From Candidatus Latescibacterota bacterium (GTDB lineage: Bacteria > Latescibacterota > UBA2968 > GCA-2709665): a DNA stretch of 64,000 bases. Position numbers and translations under genes: made by a program. Under the pieces are notes generated by a model. The model had not been told where the DNA came from. It did no database searches and saw only the letters and a program-made list of their open reading frames with translations. Below are positions 48,652 to 59,253 of this stretch, one piece after another. The stretch spans positions 2,944,001 through 3,008,000 of the forward strand of contig OZ244744.1 of NCBI GenBank assembly GCA_965219455.1, read 5' to 3'. Position 1 is the stretch's first letter, and every line of letters starts with the position of its first letter.

Positions 48652-48713
48652 AACACACCTCCTCGGCTAAAAAGTTAAGGTATAACAATGGAAAATTGAA
48701 CACACATTCCGCA

Positions 48714-49514
48714 TCAATGATCCTGATGCACGGCCATACCGATAAAAACGGCCGTTAGCAAAGTAAATATATAAGCCTGCACCAATGAAACGAAAATTTC
48801 CAGCAAATAGATCGCCAGCGCAAAAAGCACGGACACAGGTGCAACAGCATACGACTTGAACAAAAAGATCAAACCGAGCAACGCAAGGATAATCACATGT
48901 CCGGCGGTCATATTCGCGAAGAGACGGATGCAGAGCGCGAACGGTTTTGCAAGGAGACCGATGAGCTCAACCGGGATCATCAGGATCGTGATTGGCAGTG
49001 GCAGTCCGTGCGGCACCAGTCCCTTGAAGTAACCCAGCAAGCCGTTGTGAAGAATTCCACCCATCTGTATAACCAGAAAGGCGGAGAGCGCCAGCCCGGC
49101 GGTTACGCTCACATTGCCGGTGGCGGTAGCGCCATAGGGTACCAGGCCCAACAGATTGCAGGTCAGAATGAAGAAAAAAACGGTAAACAAAAAGGGCAAA
49201 AACCGTCCGGCTTCTTTTACCCCGATGTTGGGAACTGCAACATCATCCCGGATAAATACAACGACCGACTCAAGCAGGTTTGCCAGTCCGGACGGAACGA
49301 GTCCCCGCCGCCGGGTTGTCAAGAAAAAGACAACCAGGAGAAACAGTGCGGCAACCCACATCATGACGACATGCCGCGTGATAGATAAGTCAATTCCAAA
49401 CAACTCAAAATGAGGCAGTTCGACATGCCCCCAGGGCAGATGGAGTTCCGAAGAATCGAGCAGGTGTTCCATAATGTAGTCGTTTTTTTCTTCAGCGGCC
49501 CCTTCTGAAGCCAT
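48714..49514 (-). CDS. atpB: ATP synthase a
   Basis: NLLGLVP, IRLFANMTAGH, QAYIF. Confidence 0.95.
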   Translation of the reverse strand: MASEGAAEEKNDYIMEHLLDSSELHLPWGHVELPHFELFGIDLSITRHVVMMWVAALFLLVVFFLTTRRRGLVPSGLANLLESVVVFIRDDVAVPNIGVKEAGRFLPFLFTVFFFILTCNLLGLVPYGATATGNVSVTAGLALSAFLVIQMGGILHNGLLGYFKGLVPHGLPLPITILMIPVELIGLLAKPFALCIRLFANMTAGHVIILALLGLIFLFKSYAVAPVSVLFALAIYLLEIFVSLVQAYIFTLLTAVFIGMAVHQDH

Positions 49515-49518
49515 CGTC

Positions 49519-49923
49519 TCAAACCCCCTCGCTTGACCTCCGCCGCGCCTCAATGCGCCTTACGAAGAGTCGAACCTCTAAAATCTGAAAAAGCACGTAG
49601 AAAAGAAAAAGAGAAAAAACCAATCCGTAAACCGAAAGCGTTGTCAATTTAATCAACAGGACCAGAATGATACAGATAACGACCATCCGAATGGCCATCC
49701 CACCCAGCAACGTCTTTAAAAACACCGCCTGAGGCTTGTCGAACGACCATATTGCCGATAGCGCTCCAATCAGCACGTTCACAGTGCTGATGCCGCACCC
49801 TATGGCTGCCGCCCAGGCAATTTCAACGCCATAGTAGACGAAAAGCGGGTACCCTCCCAGAACTGTTGCGAGGACCAGGACCCATCCGACCTGTTTAAGA
49901 AATCGGGCAAACTCCGTCTTCAC
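49519..49923 (-). CDS. atpI: ATP synthase protein I-like
   Basis: Four TM helices upstream of atpB. Confidence 0.7.
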   Translation of the reverse strand: MKTEFARFLKQVGWVLVLATVLGGYPLFVYYGVEIAWAAAIGCGISTVNVLIGALSAIWSFDKPQAVFLKTLLGGMAIRMVVICIILVLLIKLTTLSVYGLVFSLFLFYVLFQILEVRLFVRRIEARRRSSEGV

Positions 49924-50195
49924 GCTCCACCTCCGGACCGCCCTTCCCTCTTCTTCTGCTCTTCCTGGTCCTGGAGCCGCATCACCGTACGGTACAGGTT
50001 TAAAAAACCGACCGTCATGCCCAGAAACAACCCACCCAGCATCAGAAAAGGATTTGTACCAAGTTTATCGTCCAACCACCGCCCGGCAAACAGACAGAGC
50101 AAGATAGAAGCCGCAAACTCAATACCCAGGTTCAGATAGGGGCCCGCTTTCCGATAGGCTGCCGCCAGGCCCGGTTGTGTTTTTTCGTCCGCCAT
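49920..50195 (-). CDS. AtpZ/AtpI family protein
   Basis: G.WLD.KLGT.P...G..LG motif. Confidence 0.85.
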   Translation of the reverse strand: MADEKTQPGLAAAYRKAGPYLNLGIEFAASILLCLFAGRWLDDKLGTNPFLMLGGLFLGMTVGFLNLYRTVMRLQDQEEQKKREGRSGGGA

Positions 50196-50270
50196 CGATC
50201 CGTGTGATGCGTTAAGGATGGAAGGGCGTCGGGGCCGGAGTTTCCCCGGACATTGCAAGCCGCGGCATGC

Positions 50271-51719
50271 TTAACTCCCTATGAGGTTAACCACCGTCTG
50301 CCTGGCCAACTCGAGAAACCGTGCGGGGGCGAGGCCTAAATAGAGGGTCGCCAGGGACGTCACCAGCAGCGCGGTTCGTGCAAACGCGGGAAAAGATACC
50401 ACCGGCTCTTTATGCGCGGGTTGTCTCATATACATGCTGACAACGACACCAAGGTAGAAGTAGACCGACACCAGGCTGTTGAGCACGCCGATAACGGTCA
50501 GTGAGATTAAACCGGCGTCGACAGCCGCGCTGAATATGTAGAATTTCCCGAAGAAACCCGCTGTGGGCGGCAGTCCGGCCAGGGAGAGCATGAATAACGT
50601 CATGGACAGCCCCAGAACCGGATGTTTGAAACCCAAACCCGCATAGTCGGAAATATCCAGGTTCTCTTCGCCTTTCCGCGCAACGAGAATCAGTACCGCA
50701 AAGGCGCCAATATTCATAAACGTATAGGCAAACAGATAAAACAACGCCGCGGAAATGCCCTTTGCGCTGGCCGAGGTCAGCGCGATCAACACGTAGCCGG
50801 CATGGGCGACGCTGGAATAGGCCAGCATCCGTTTGAGGCTTCTCTGGGACAGCGCGCTCAGGTTTCCTACCGTCATCGTCAACACGGCCAGAACCCATAG
50901 AATCGCGGTCCACTCCGTTTTCAGCGATCCCAGCGAAACCATCAATACGCGCAAAAAAGCCACAAACGCGGCCGCCTTGGGGCCTGCGGAGAGAAACGCT
51001 GTAATCGCTGCGGGCGCGCCTTCGTAGACGTCGGGAGCCCACATGTGAAACGGAACCGCCGCTACCTTGAAGGCAAAGCCCACAACCAGCAACACCATGC
51101 CGGCGTATAACATCAGGCCGCCGCTTTCCACACGTCGGGAAAGCATCCCGCCGACCTGCTCGAGGTTTGTTGTACCGGTCGATCCGTAGATCAGGGCAAT
51201 CCCATAAAGCAGAAACCCGGTTGCGAACGCCCCCAGCAGCAGATATTTCAGCGAGGCCTCGTTGGATTCGGAACGTGACTTGAGGAATCCTACCAGGATG
51301 TAGAGCGATAGAGACATCAGTTCCAGACCCAGGAAGATCACAATCAGGTCCGTCCCCGCGGCCATGAGCATCATGCCCAGCGTCGCCGTCAGCAGCAGCA
51401 GATAGTACTCGCTGCTGCTGCTGTGTTCCCGCTTCAGATAACCGGTGGAAACGAAAATGGTCAGCCCCGTGCCAACCGTAAATATGATGTTGGAAAAGAG
51501 CGCGAAATTGTCCAGCGCGAGCATGCCGCCAAAGGCCTGTTCGGATCGGCCCCACAGACAGGCTGAGGCCACCGCCGCCAGTCCCGTTCCGACGAGGGCC
51601 GCATATGCCGCTCCGACGCCACGATTTCCGGGCCTGACGATGTCGAAACACAGAATCAACAGCGCACTCGCCGTGACAATCAGAGAGGGAAGGAGAACAG
51701 TCCAGCTCAGGTCGGGCAA
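50271..51719 (-). CDS. nuoN: NADH-quinone oxidoreductase subunit N
   Basis: EASLKY, FKVAAVPFHMWAPDVYEGAP, KRMLAYSS, GFFGK. Confidence 0.94.
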   Translation of the reverse strand: MPDLSWTVLLPSLIVTASALLILCFDIVRPGNRGVGAAYAALVGTGLAAVASACLWGRSEQAFGGMLALDNFALFSNIIFTVGTGLTIFVSTGYLKREHSSSSEYYLLLLTATLGMMLMAAGTDLIVIFLGLELMSLSLYILVGFLKSRSESNEASLKYLLLGAFATGFLLYGIALIYGSTGTTNLEQVGGMLSRRVESGGLMLYAGMVLLVVGFAFKVAAVPFHMWAPDVYEGAPAAITAFLSAGPKAAAFVAFLRVLMVSLGSLKTEWTAILWVLAVLTMTVGNLSALSQRSLKRMLAYSSVAHAGYVLIALTSASAKGISAALFYLFAYTFMNIGAFAVLILVARKGEENLDISDYAGLGFKHPVLGLSMTLFMLSLAGLPPTAGFFGKFYIFSAAVDAGLISLTVIGVLNSLVSVYFYLGVVVSMYMRQPAHKEPVVSFPAFARTALLVTSLATLYLGLAPARFLELARQTVVNLIGS

Positions 51720-51909
51720 GGCAGAAATCCCCCGTGAAAATTATTAGCAACATTAATTAACAGGGATGCGATAAAAAAGTCAAGCCTAAAGTTCGGCAAT
51801 CGCACGCAGGCATTCAAACAGGTGAACGACCCAATGGTTTCTGTACGCAAAATGTATACTTAACTAATTATTTTTCGGATTCTTAAGCAAATTAGCTCCG
51901 TCGCGAATA

Positions 51910-53598
51910 TCAGAAGCAAACGAACAAAAACACGGCAAGGAAGATTGTCACCAGCAGCACGGCATTGCCGGTAAGCCAGGTTCGACCAAGAACGCCGTGG
52001 GGGCCGAGGTAATGACGGAAGCCTGAAATGATTGTCGTAAGAAGAGCCTGGCCACCGAGCAGCACCGAATCCCGTACCGGCCCGCCCGCCCGCGCGCCAA
52101 TCCGGACCATACCCGGCAGCAGCCTGCGATATGCCCAGTCGGTATCCAGATTTACGGACCTGAGTTCGGGCGGGTATATCCCGGTAAGCTTCAGAAAGGT
52201 GAAGGCCAGAGCGGAGAAAAACAATAGCTGGTACTGGGAAATTATATGGGCCGCGGTATACGGCTCGTAATTCACGGCATAGGGCAGAATATCGTACAGC
52301 GGCCTGGGAAAGACGCCTATCAGGACGCACAGGGCGGCGGCGCCTCCCATCGCAACGAGCATATTCAGCGGCGCCTCCCTGCAGCGGATCCCTGAATCAT
52401 GGGCAAAGAAGGCGAAAAAGGGGATCTTGATGCCCGAATGGTGAAATACACCGGCTGATGCGAACAGCAACACCAGCCACGTCAGGGTGTAGTGTCCGTC
52501 GGTGGTTGCAAAAATCACCAGCGATTTACTGATGAAGCCACTGAAGAATGGAAAGGCCGAAATCGACGCCGCTCCAATGATGCAGAAAACCGTTGTCAGA
52601 GGCATGGATTTGTACAACCCGCCCAGTTCCGAACCATTGGCGGTACCGGTTCGGTACAACACCGCACCCATCGACATGAACAACAGGGCCTTATAGAGAA
52701 TATGCGTGAAAGCGTGGGCGGCGGTTCCATTCAGGGACATCTCCGTTCCGATCCCTATGCCGACCACCATAAATCCCAACTGGTTATTCAGACTATAGGC
52801 CAGCACGCGCCGGAGGTCATTTTCGATGACCGCATAGAAAATTGGAAACGCGGCCATCGCCGCCCCGATCGGGATCAGGATCTCCGTGCCGGGAAAGCCC
52901 CGTGCCAGGGCATATACCGCCAGCTTGGTCGTGAAAGCGCTCAGGAACACGGCGCCGGTCACCGTTGCCTCGGGATAGGCGTCCTGCAGCCAGTTGTGGA
53001 GCAGCGGGAAGGCGCATTTGATCCCGAACGCGACAAAGATAAGGGTCGTTCCCAGGCCATTCAGCCCCATTCCGGTAAAGGCAATCGAGCCGGTCTCTCG
53101 CAGATGGATCAGAATACCGGCAAGCAGAATCACGCCCGATCCGACCTGTACGATCAGGTAGCGCATCCCGGCGGCATAGGCGCGTTCGGTCCGACGGCTC
53201 CAGATCAGAAATACGGAGGAAATCGCGGTCAGTTCCCAGTAGACGAACAGGGTAATCAGATCGCCCGCGAAGACGGCGCCTATGGCGCTGCCCACGTAGA
53301 TCAGGCCCGCGACGTGCTGCGTGTTGTCCTTCACATGGAGCGCATAGATGACGTTCAGAAAGGCAGCGATATGGAAAATATAGCCGAAGACCAGGCTGAG
53401 CTTGTCGATTCGAACCAGCGTAAGACTATAATCGAAGATCGGAATCTGCCAGTATTCGCCCTGGGAAAGGCCGAGCAGTTGGACGAATCCGACAACCGGA
53501 AGCAACAGCATATAGACCGCCTGGAATCGGCCGCGGAGAAACGGTATCAGCAACGAACCGAGAATCAGGATCAATGCAGGCGGAAACTGATCAATCAT
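51910..53598 (-). CDS. Mrp Na+/H+ antiporter subunit D/A-like
   Basis: LHNWLQDAYPEA, RRVLAYS, FSGFISK, C-terminal helix extension. Confidence 0.85.
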   Translation of the reverse strand: MIDQFPPALILILGSLLIPFLRGRFQAVYMLLLPVVGFVQLLGLSQGEYWQIPIFDYSLTLVRIDKLSLVFGYIFHIAAFLNVIYALHVKDNTQHVAGLIYVGSAIGAVFAGDLITLFVYWELTAISSVFLIWSRRTERAYAAGMRYLIVQVGSGVILLAGILIHLRETGSIAFTGMGLNGLGTTLIFVAFGIKCAFPLLHNWLQDAYPEATVTGAVFLSAFTTKLAVYALARGFPGTEILIPIGAAMAAFPIFYAVIENDLRRVLAYSLNNQLGFMVVGIGIGTEMSLNGTAAHAFTHILYKALLFMSMGAVLYRTGTANGSELGGLYKSMPLTTVFCIIGAASISAFPFFSGFISKSLVIFATTDGHYTLTWLVLLFASAGVFHHSGIKIPFFAFFAHDSGIRCREAPLNMLVAMGGAAALCVLIGVFPRPLYDILPYAVNYEPYTAAHIISQYQLLFFSALAFTFLKLTGIYPPELRSVNLDTDWAYRRLLPGMVRIGARAGGPVRDSVLLGGQALLTTIISGFRHYLGPHGVLGRTWLTGNAVLLVTIFLAVFLFVCF

Positions 53599-53845
53599 AA
53601 TAGTCTTCCCTGCGTCCCAGAATGACGCGCAACCCTTTGGCGGCCAGCACCAGCAGGACGCATGCTACAAATCCGTAAAACCCATGAAAGCCAAACCATT
53701 TCTCCACAGGATAATGTGCCTGCTCATGGTAGAACAGATCCATCGATACCAGCAGTGCACAGATCACGTACAGCGCCCAGCGAATCTTCCTTACATTTCC
53801 GGGCTCGTCCAGCCAGTATTTCCTTTTGTCTTCCATGGACTCCAT
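53591..53845 (-). CDS. Small Mrp-cluster membrane protein
   Basis: WLDEPGNV...FHGFYGFVACV...R.EDYYD; overlaps the next gene. Confidence 0.75.
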   Translation of the reverse strand: MESMEDKRKYWLDEPGNVRKIRWALYVICALLVSMDLFYHEQAHYPVEKWFGFHGFYGFVACVLLVLAAKGLRVILGRREDYYD

Positions 53846-53848
53846 CCC

Positions 53849-55315
53849 TCAGAGTCGGGCAATTGGCGCCAGCAACCGGTAAATCTCATCGGCATAGAAG
53901 AAGAGCACCAGGCACCCGAGGGCGGTCAGACACAGGGGAACCACGCAGAACGCCGGCGCTTCCTTAATCGGAGTCGCATTGGAGGACGCCGAGGCGGGCG
54001 TCACAAAAAATGCGCGGGCGACGATCGGCATCAGGTACGCGACGCTCAAGAGCGAACTGATCATCAACACGGCCACGAGAATGAACCGGTCCGTCTCCGC
54101 CGCGCCGAGCACCAGGTACCACTTGCTCCACGAACCGCCAAGCGGTGGCAGGCCGATCACACTCAGCGATCCGATAAAAAAGGCGAACATGGTAATTGGC
54201 ATTGTCTTGCCGATGCCGGCCATGTCGCTGATTTCCGTCTTGTGCGCGGCTACCATGATCGCGCCGGCACAGAAGAACAGCGTGATCTTGCCGAAAGCGT
54301 GCATCGCAATATGCATGGCGCCGCCAATGATCCCCCAGTTGTTGGCAAGGGCCGCGCCGAGTACCACGTAGGACAACTGGCTGATTGTGGAATAGGCGAG
54401 ACGCGCCTTGAGATTATCTTTGGTTAATGCCACCAGGGACGCAAACAGCAGGGTTGCGGCGGCCACGTAGGCCAACCACACGCTCATGCCGCTGATGCTG
54501 AGCAGATCGATGCCAAAGATGTAAACCACAATCTTCATCACTGTAAACACGCCTGCTTTTACAACGGCCACCGCGTGCAGCAGGGCACTCACCGGCGTGG
54601 GCGCCACCATTGCCGACGGCAGCCAGCGGTGGAACGGCATCAGCGCGGCCTTGCCGGTTCCAAACGCGTAGAGCGCCAGCAATATGCCCACCACGGCCGG
54701 ACTCGCTTTGCCCTCGAGGATCCCGCCGGGTACGAATTCCAGCGTGCCCGTCAGATTCCAGGTCCACACCACTGCCAGCAGCATCAACCCGATCGACGTG
54801 CCGAGCAGTATGCCCATGTAGATCCTGCCGGACCGGAGCGCCTCTTGCGTCCGATGGTGGGTGACCAGCGGATAGGTCGACAGGGTCAGAACCTCGTAGA
54901 AGATAAACAGCGTGAACAAATTGCGGGCGAATGCGACGCCTAAGGCGCCCGTAATAGCCACGGCAAAGAAAACGTAAAACCTGGTCTGGTTCGGTTCGTG
55001 GTGACCGCGCATGTACCCGATTGAATACAGAGACGTCAGGATCCATAGCCCCGAGGCGATCAACCCGAAGAGCATGCCCAGGGGTTCAACTTCAAAGGCC
55101 AGCGCCAGGCCTGGCATCACCTCGAGAATTTCTATACCCGGCCTCGCCCCTGAAAGAACTTCCGGAACCAGGGAGAGCACCACGAAAAACAGCACGCCTC
55201 CCGTGGCCAGTGTCGCCGCCTCGCGCAGATTGGGCCTTTGTCGAAGAAGACCGATCAGCGGGGCGCCGAGCAGGGGCAGCAAAACGGCGAGCAGCGTGGC
55301 ATGCGATGCGGTCAT
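53849..55315 (-). CDS. Mrp antiporter subunit D family
   Basis: WLPSAMVAPTPVSALLHAVAVVKAG, RLAYST. Confidence 0.88.
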   Translation of the reverse strand: MTASHATLLAVLLPLLGAPLIGLLRQRPNLREAATLATGGVLFFVVLSLVPEVLSGARPGIEILEVMPGLALAFEVEPLGMLFGLIASGLWILTSLYSIGYMRGHHEPNQTRFYVFFAVAITGALGVAFARNLFTLFIFYEVLTLSTYPLVTHHRTQEALRSGRIYMGILLGTSIGLMLLAVVWTWNLTGTLEFVPGGILEGKASPAVVGILLALYAFGTGKAALMPFHRWLPSAMVAPTPVSALLHAVAVVKAGVFTVMKIVVYIFGIDLLSISGMSVWLAYVAAATLLFASLVALTKDNLKARLAYSTISQLSYVVLGAALANNWGIIGGAMHIAMHAFGKITLFFCAGAIMVAAHKTEISDMAGIGKTMPITMFAFFIGSLSVIGLPPLGGSWSKWYLVLGAAETDRFILVAVLMISSLLSVAYLMPIVARAFFVTPASASSNATPIKEAPAFCVVPLCLTALGCLVLFFYADEIYRLLAPIARL

Positions 55316-56829
55316 GGCGCGATTCCCATCAGCCATCCGGCGGCCTGGCGTGCAATGCCCAGGGTGAGGGAGGTCGAAACCCCGAAATAGAGGGCGGCTG
55401 CGATCAGAATCCACATCGGAATGTGCATCAGCAGCGGCGCCTCGGTCACACCTGAAGACTTGGCGGGCTCCCGGAAATAGGCCACCTCAACCACCCGCCA
55501 AATATAGATTACCGCGAGCAGCGAACCCAGCAGGACCAGGACCGCGACCGGCCACCAGCCCTTTTCCAGGGCCGCCAGGACCAGGTACCACTTGCTGATG
55601 AAGCCCACCGTGAGAGGGACGCCGATCAGGCTGAGTCCGCCAAGCACAACGGCGGCCATCGTCACCGGCATTCGACGTCCGAGACCGTGCATATCGTCAA
55701 GTTGCACTGAGCCCACGCGGAGGGCGATACAACCCATACCCAGGAACAGTGCGCCTTTCATAACGGCGTGATTGAAAAGGTGAACGATTCCCGCGGTGAG
55801 ACCATTCAACGACCCCGGTCCGTACCGGACGTCCGGTCCGGCGCCGCTCACCGACACCAGGCCGACCCCCAGCATGATGTAGCCGACCTGGGCAACGCTG
55901 GAATAGGCGAGCATGCGCTTGATGTTCTTCTGGAATATGGCGACCGTTGAGGCCGCGAAAATTCCGAGGAGAGAAAGTGGCAACAGCACGACTTGCAACC
56001 CGACCGTATCAAATGCGAATCGGGGCCCGAAAATGGTGAAGACGAACCGCAGGAAGACATAGATGGAGACCTTGGTCGCCGTTGCCGCAAGTAAGGCCGT
56101 CACCATCGATGGCGCGTAACAATACGCGTTGGGCAGCCACATGTGGAGCGGAAACAGTGCCAGTTTCAAACACAGGCCGACGCCCAGGAACGCGAAGGCC
56201 GACAGCACTGTCCTGGTTTCCAGGACCGGACCCAGACGAACCGCGAGGTCCGCCATGTTCAGGGTCCCCGTTGCCATATAAAGGAGCCCCACGCCGATGA
56301 GAATGAACGTCGCCCCAATGGTACCCATGACCAGGTACTGATAGGAGGCCGTCAGGGCGCGGCGGTCTCTTCCAAGGCTGATCAGCGCATACGTAGAAAG
56401 GGAGGAAATCTCGAGAAAGACAAACAGGTTGAACGCGTCTCCGGTGATGGCGATGCCGAGGAGGCCCGTCAGGCACAGGAGATATGCCGCGTAGAACAGA
56501 TAGTGGCGGTCGTGTGAGATCTCACGGGCCGCGCTGGGAGGCGCGTACAAAAGCACGACGGCGCCGATGAACGCCACCAGGACCAATATGTATGCATTGA
56601 CCGTATCGATCCGATACTCGATCCCCCACGGGGCGCTCCAGCTCCCGAGCGCGTACGAGATCGTACCGGCATCCAGGACCCTTATCAGCAGCAGTACGGC
56701 GATCCCCAGCACGGTCCACCCGACCGCCGTGGCAAAGGCCCAGGCCAGCATCCTTCGTCGAAGCAGCAGGCAGATCGGCGCGGATATGAGGGGTACCACG
56801 ATTTGCAGAATGGGCAAATGGACGGCCAT
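55312..56829 (-). CDS. mrpD: Mrp antiporter subunit D
   Basis: APWGIE, DAFNLFVFLEI, PLHMWLPNAY. Confidence 0.9.
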   Translation of the reverse strand: MAVHLPILQIVVPLISAPICLLLRRRMLAWAFATAVGWTVLGIAVLLLIRVLDAGTISYALGSWSAPWGIEYRIDTVNAYILVLVAFIGAVVLLYAPPSAAREISHDRHYLFYAAYLLCLTGLLGIAITGDAFNLFVFLEISSLSTYALISLGRDRRALTASYQYLVMGTIGATFILIGVGLLYMATGTLNMADLAVRLGPVLETRTVLSAFAFLGVGLCLKLALFPLHMWLPNAYCYAPSMVTALLAATATKVSIYVFLRFVFTIFGPRFAFDTVGLQVVLLPLSLLGIFAASTVAIFQKNIKRMLAYSSVAQVGYIMLGVGLVSVSGAGPDVRYGPGSLNGLTAGIVHLFNHAVMKGALFLGMGCIALRVGSVQLDDMHGLGRRMPVTMAAVVLGGLSLIGVPLTVGFISKWYLVLAALEKGWWPVAVLVLLGSLLAVIYIWRVVEVAYFREPAKSSGVTEAPLLMHIPMWILIAAALYFGVSTSLTLGIARQAAGWLMGIAP

Positions 56830-57188
56830 CAGGGCGACTCCTCACCCTGGCCGTAGATTTCCTCTTCCTCTATTGTGCCATAGGCTTCCTGAATCCGCAC
56901 CACCAGCGCCAACCCGAGAGACGTCGTAGCGATACCAACGACGATTGCCGTCAGAATGAGCACATGCGGCAGCGGGTTCGAATAGCTCTGCACCCCCTCT
57001 GCGACAATCGGCGCGCTCCCGCCGGAGACCCTGCCCATGCTGATGTAGAACAGGAAGACCGAAGTCTGAAAGATATTCAGGCCGATCAGTTTCTTTACCA
57101 GGTTGCCGCTGGTGATTACCGCATAGAACCCGATCATCATCAGGCCAATTGCGATCCAATAGTTGTATAAACCCGGGAATGCCGTCAT
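56829..57188 (-). CDS. mrpC: Mrp antiporter subunit C
   Basis: NLVKKLIGL, NPLPHVLILTAIVV. Confidence 0.92.
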   Translation of the reverse strand: MTAFPGLYNYWIAIGLMMIGFYAVITSGNLVKKLIGLNIFQTSVFLFYISMGRVSGGSAPIVAEGVQSYSNPLPHVLILTAIVVGIATTSLGLALVVRIQEAYGTIEEEEIYGQGEESP

Positions 57189-57604
57189 GGTCGTTTCCTG
57201 CCGACAAAGGCGAAGAAGACCCCGATAATCACCGAAGCCACGGTGATCCCCACTCCGAGTTCGATTAAAAGAATACCCAAATGCTGACCGTGCACCGGAT
57301 CGGCTCCCAGCACGCCGTAGTCCAGAAAGCGGCCACCCTTTATCATCCCCACGACCCCGGTGCCGGCATACAAGAGCAGACCGAGGGCAATGACAATTTC
57401 TACGACGTCGGGCCTGGCCACCCGCTTCGCCTCATCCAGGCCGTATATCAGCGTGTATAGCACGAATCCCGCGGCAAAAATCACACCGGCCTGGAACCCG
57501 CCCCCCGGCCCGAAATCGCCGTGAAACTGGACGTAGAGCGCAAACAGAAGGATAAGCGGGATGAATAGCTTGGCAATGACACGCGGAATGATCTGATTCT
57601 TCAC
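57185..57604 (-). CDS. mrpB: Mrp antiporter subunit B (MnhB domain)
   Basis: HG..GPGGGFQAG. Confidence 0.9.
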   Translation of the reverse strand: MKNQIIPRVIAKLFIPLILLFALYVQFHGDFGPGGGFQAGVIFAAGFVLYTLIYGLDEAKRVARPDVVEIVIALGLLLYAGTGVVGMIKGGRFLDYGVLGADPVHGQHLGILLIELGVGITVASVIIGVFFAFVGRKRP

Positions 57605-58170
57605 CGCCCGTCCTCCCGGTCGCGGCCCGGCCTGGATCCCTTCAGCAACAGCAACACGCCGATGCCCGCGCAAAGGATCACCGTGGTTTCGCCAAGCGTA
57701 TCGTATCCTCTGTAGCTGGCAAGCACCGAAGTCACAATATTCTCAACGCCGACTCCCTTCGCTGAGCCGCTGACGTGCGGCACGGTATCTTTGAGATATT
57801 CCGGGGCGATATGGGTGTGAACCGGCGCCCCGGCGTCGCCGAAGAGCGGCATGTCCAACGTGCCGTAGATCAGGACCGCCCCGGTCGCCAGAACCACCAG
57901 AAGGGGCAGCGGAGACGGACGGGACGGCTTCTTTTCCTCGCTGGTGGTCAGCATCAGGGTCCCGATCAGCAGCACGGTTGAGATGCCCGCGCCCACGGCG
58001 GCCTCGGTAAAGGCCACGTCGACGGCGTCCATCACGGTAAACATCCCGGCGGAAAGCAAGCTGAAAATCCCGGCCAGGATCACGGAGGCGAGCAGATTGC
58101 GGATCAGGACGACGGCGATGGCGGTGGCCGCCATGAAAGCCAGCAAAACAACGTCTATCAGTTCGATCAT
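57601..58170 (-). CDS. DUF4040 Mrp subunit (MrpA C-terminal/B-like)
   Basis: DVAFTEAAVGAG, NIVTSVLASYRGYDTLGE. Confidence 0.9.
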   Translation of the reverse strand: MIELIDVVLLAFMAATAIAVVLIRNLLASVILAGIFSLLSAGMFTVMDAVDVAFTEAAVGAGISTVLLIGTLMLTTSEEKKPSRPSPLPLLVVLATGAVLIYGTLDMPLFGDAGAPVHTHIAPEYLKDTVPHVSGSAKGVGVENIVTSVLASYRGYDTLGETTVILCAGIGVLLLLKGSRPGRDREDGR

Positions 58171-58484
58171 TGCCGGTGATTGTCCTCCTGAAGCAGTGGC
58201 TTCAACCCGGAGGTGAAAGCGGCCTTTGCGACCGCGTGGGTCGATGCCGGACTGGTCAGAAAGAGAAGCAGGAGGATCAGAAACAGTTTGACGGTTACCA
58301 TGCTGAGTCCGCCCTGTACCATCAGCCCCACAAGCACAAGCCCGGCGCCGAACGTATCCGAAATTCCGGCGCCGTGCATCCGGCTGTAAAAATCGGGAAA
58401 TCTGATCAGCCCGACGCCGCCCACGATACATAAGAACGACCCCAGGAGCAAACAAGCCCAACTCACGACATCGTGAACCATCAT
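58167..58484 (-). CDS. mrpG: Mrp antiporter subunit G
   Basis: GLIRFPDFYSRMH, TSP...HA. Confidence 0.9.
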   Translation of the reverse strand: MMVHDVVSWACLLLGSFLCIVGGVGLIRFPDFYSRMHGAGISDTFGAGLVLVGLMVQGGLSMVTVKLFLILLLLFLTSPASTHAVAKAAFTSGLKPLLQEDNHRQ

Positions 58485-58768
58485 TTGGGGGTTTCTCCGC
58501 TCTCGCCGTCCGCCGAACCAAAACTGCCGTATTGAACGTACTTGAGTACAGCAAATGTCCCGATGAAGTTCAACAGGACGTAGATTAACGCCAGGTCGAG
58601 AAAATCTGGCCGACCGGTCAGAAAACCCAGCACCGCAATCAGGAGTATCATCTTGGTGCCAATCATATTTGCGGCCAGGATGCGGTCGTAAACCGTTGGA
58701 CCCGCGAATGCTCGAATCAGAGCCAGAACCATTGTAACCAGGATGGCCGCCATTGCCGTCGCGAACAT
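58481..58768 (-). CDS. mrpF: Mrp antiporter subunit F
   Basis: GPTVYDRILA. Confidence 0.9.
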   Translation of the reverse strand: MFATAMAAILVTMVLALIRAFAGPTVYDRILAANMIGTKMILLIAVLGFLTGRPDFLDLALIYVLLNFIGTFAVLKYVQYGSFGSADGESGETPK

Positions 58769-59253
58769 CAGGAAGCTCCTTCGATTGCAGTGACGCGGCG
58801 ATCCATCTCGCCTTCCTGGAGTTCCCCGGCGCTTTTCCGCGAGAGCGCGTGAACAAGAATCAGGTCGTCTTCCACCTCCACCGAAACCGTACCGGGAGTC
58901 AGTGTAATGGAGTTGGCGTAAATAACCTTCCCCAGTGCATGTTTCTGGCTTGCCCTGGTACGAATCAGGGTGGGGCTGATGGGCAGTCGTGGATTCAATA
59001 TTCGTAAAGCCACATCTATATTGGACCGGAAAATGGCAAGCAGCAACCACGGTACGTATCCGAGTGCGCGGCCGGCCAGGTGAATCGGATGTCCCTCGGA
59101 ATCGACGATACCCATACGCCGGACGATGGCGACCACCGCCAGGCAGGAGACGATTCCAAGCACGAGAACCAGCCTGTGGTCGATGGAATAGTGCCCCGAC
59201 CAGAGCAGCCATACGCCTAACAACACAACGCCCAGACTCAGGAGAATTCTCAT
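58768..59253 (-). CDS. mrpE: Mrp antiporter subunit E
   Basis: SNIDVA, ANSITLTPGT, VHAL. Confidence 0.92.
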   Translation of the reverse strand: MRILLSLGVVLLGVWLLWSGHYSIDHRLVLVLGIVSCLAVVAIVRRMGIVDSEGHPIHLAGRALGYVPWLLLAIFRSNIDVALRILNPRLPISPTLIRTRASQKHALGKVIYANSITLTPGTVSVEVEDDLILVHALSRKSAGELQEGEMDRRVTAIEGAS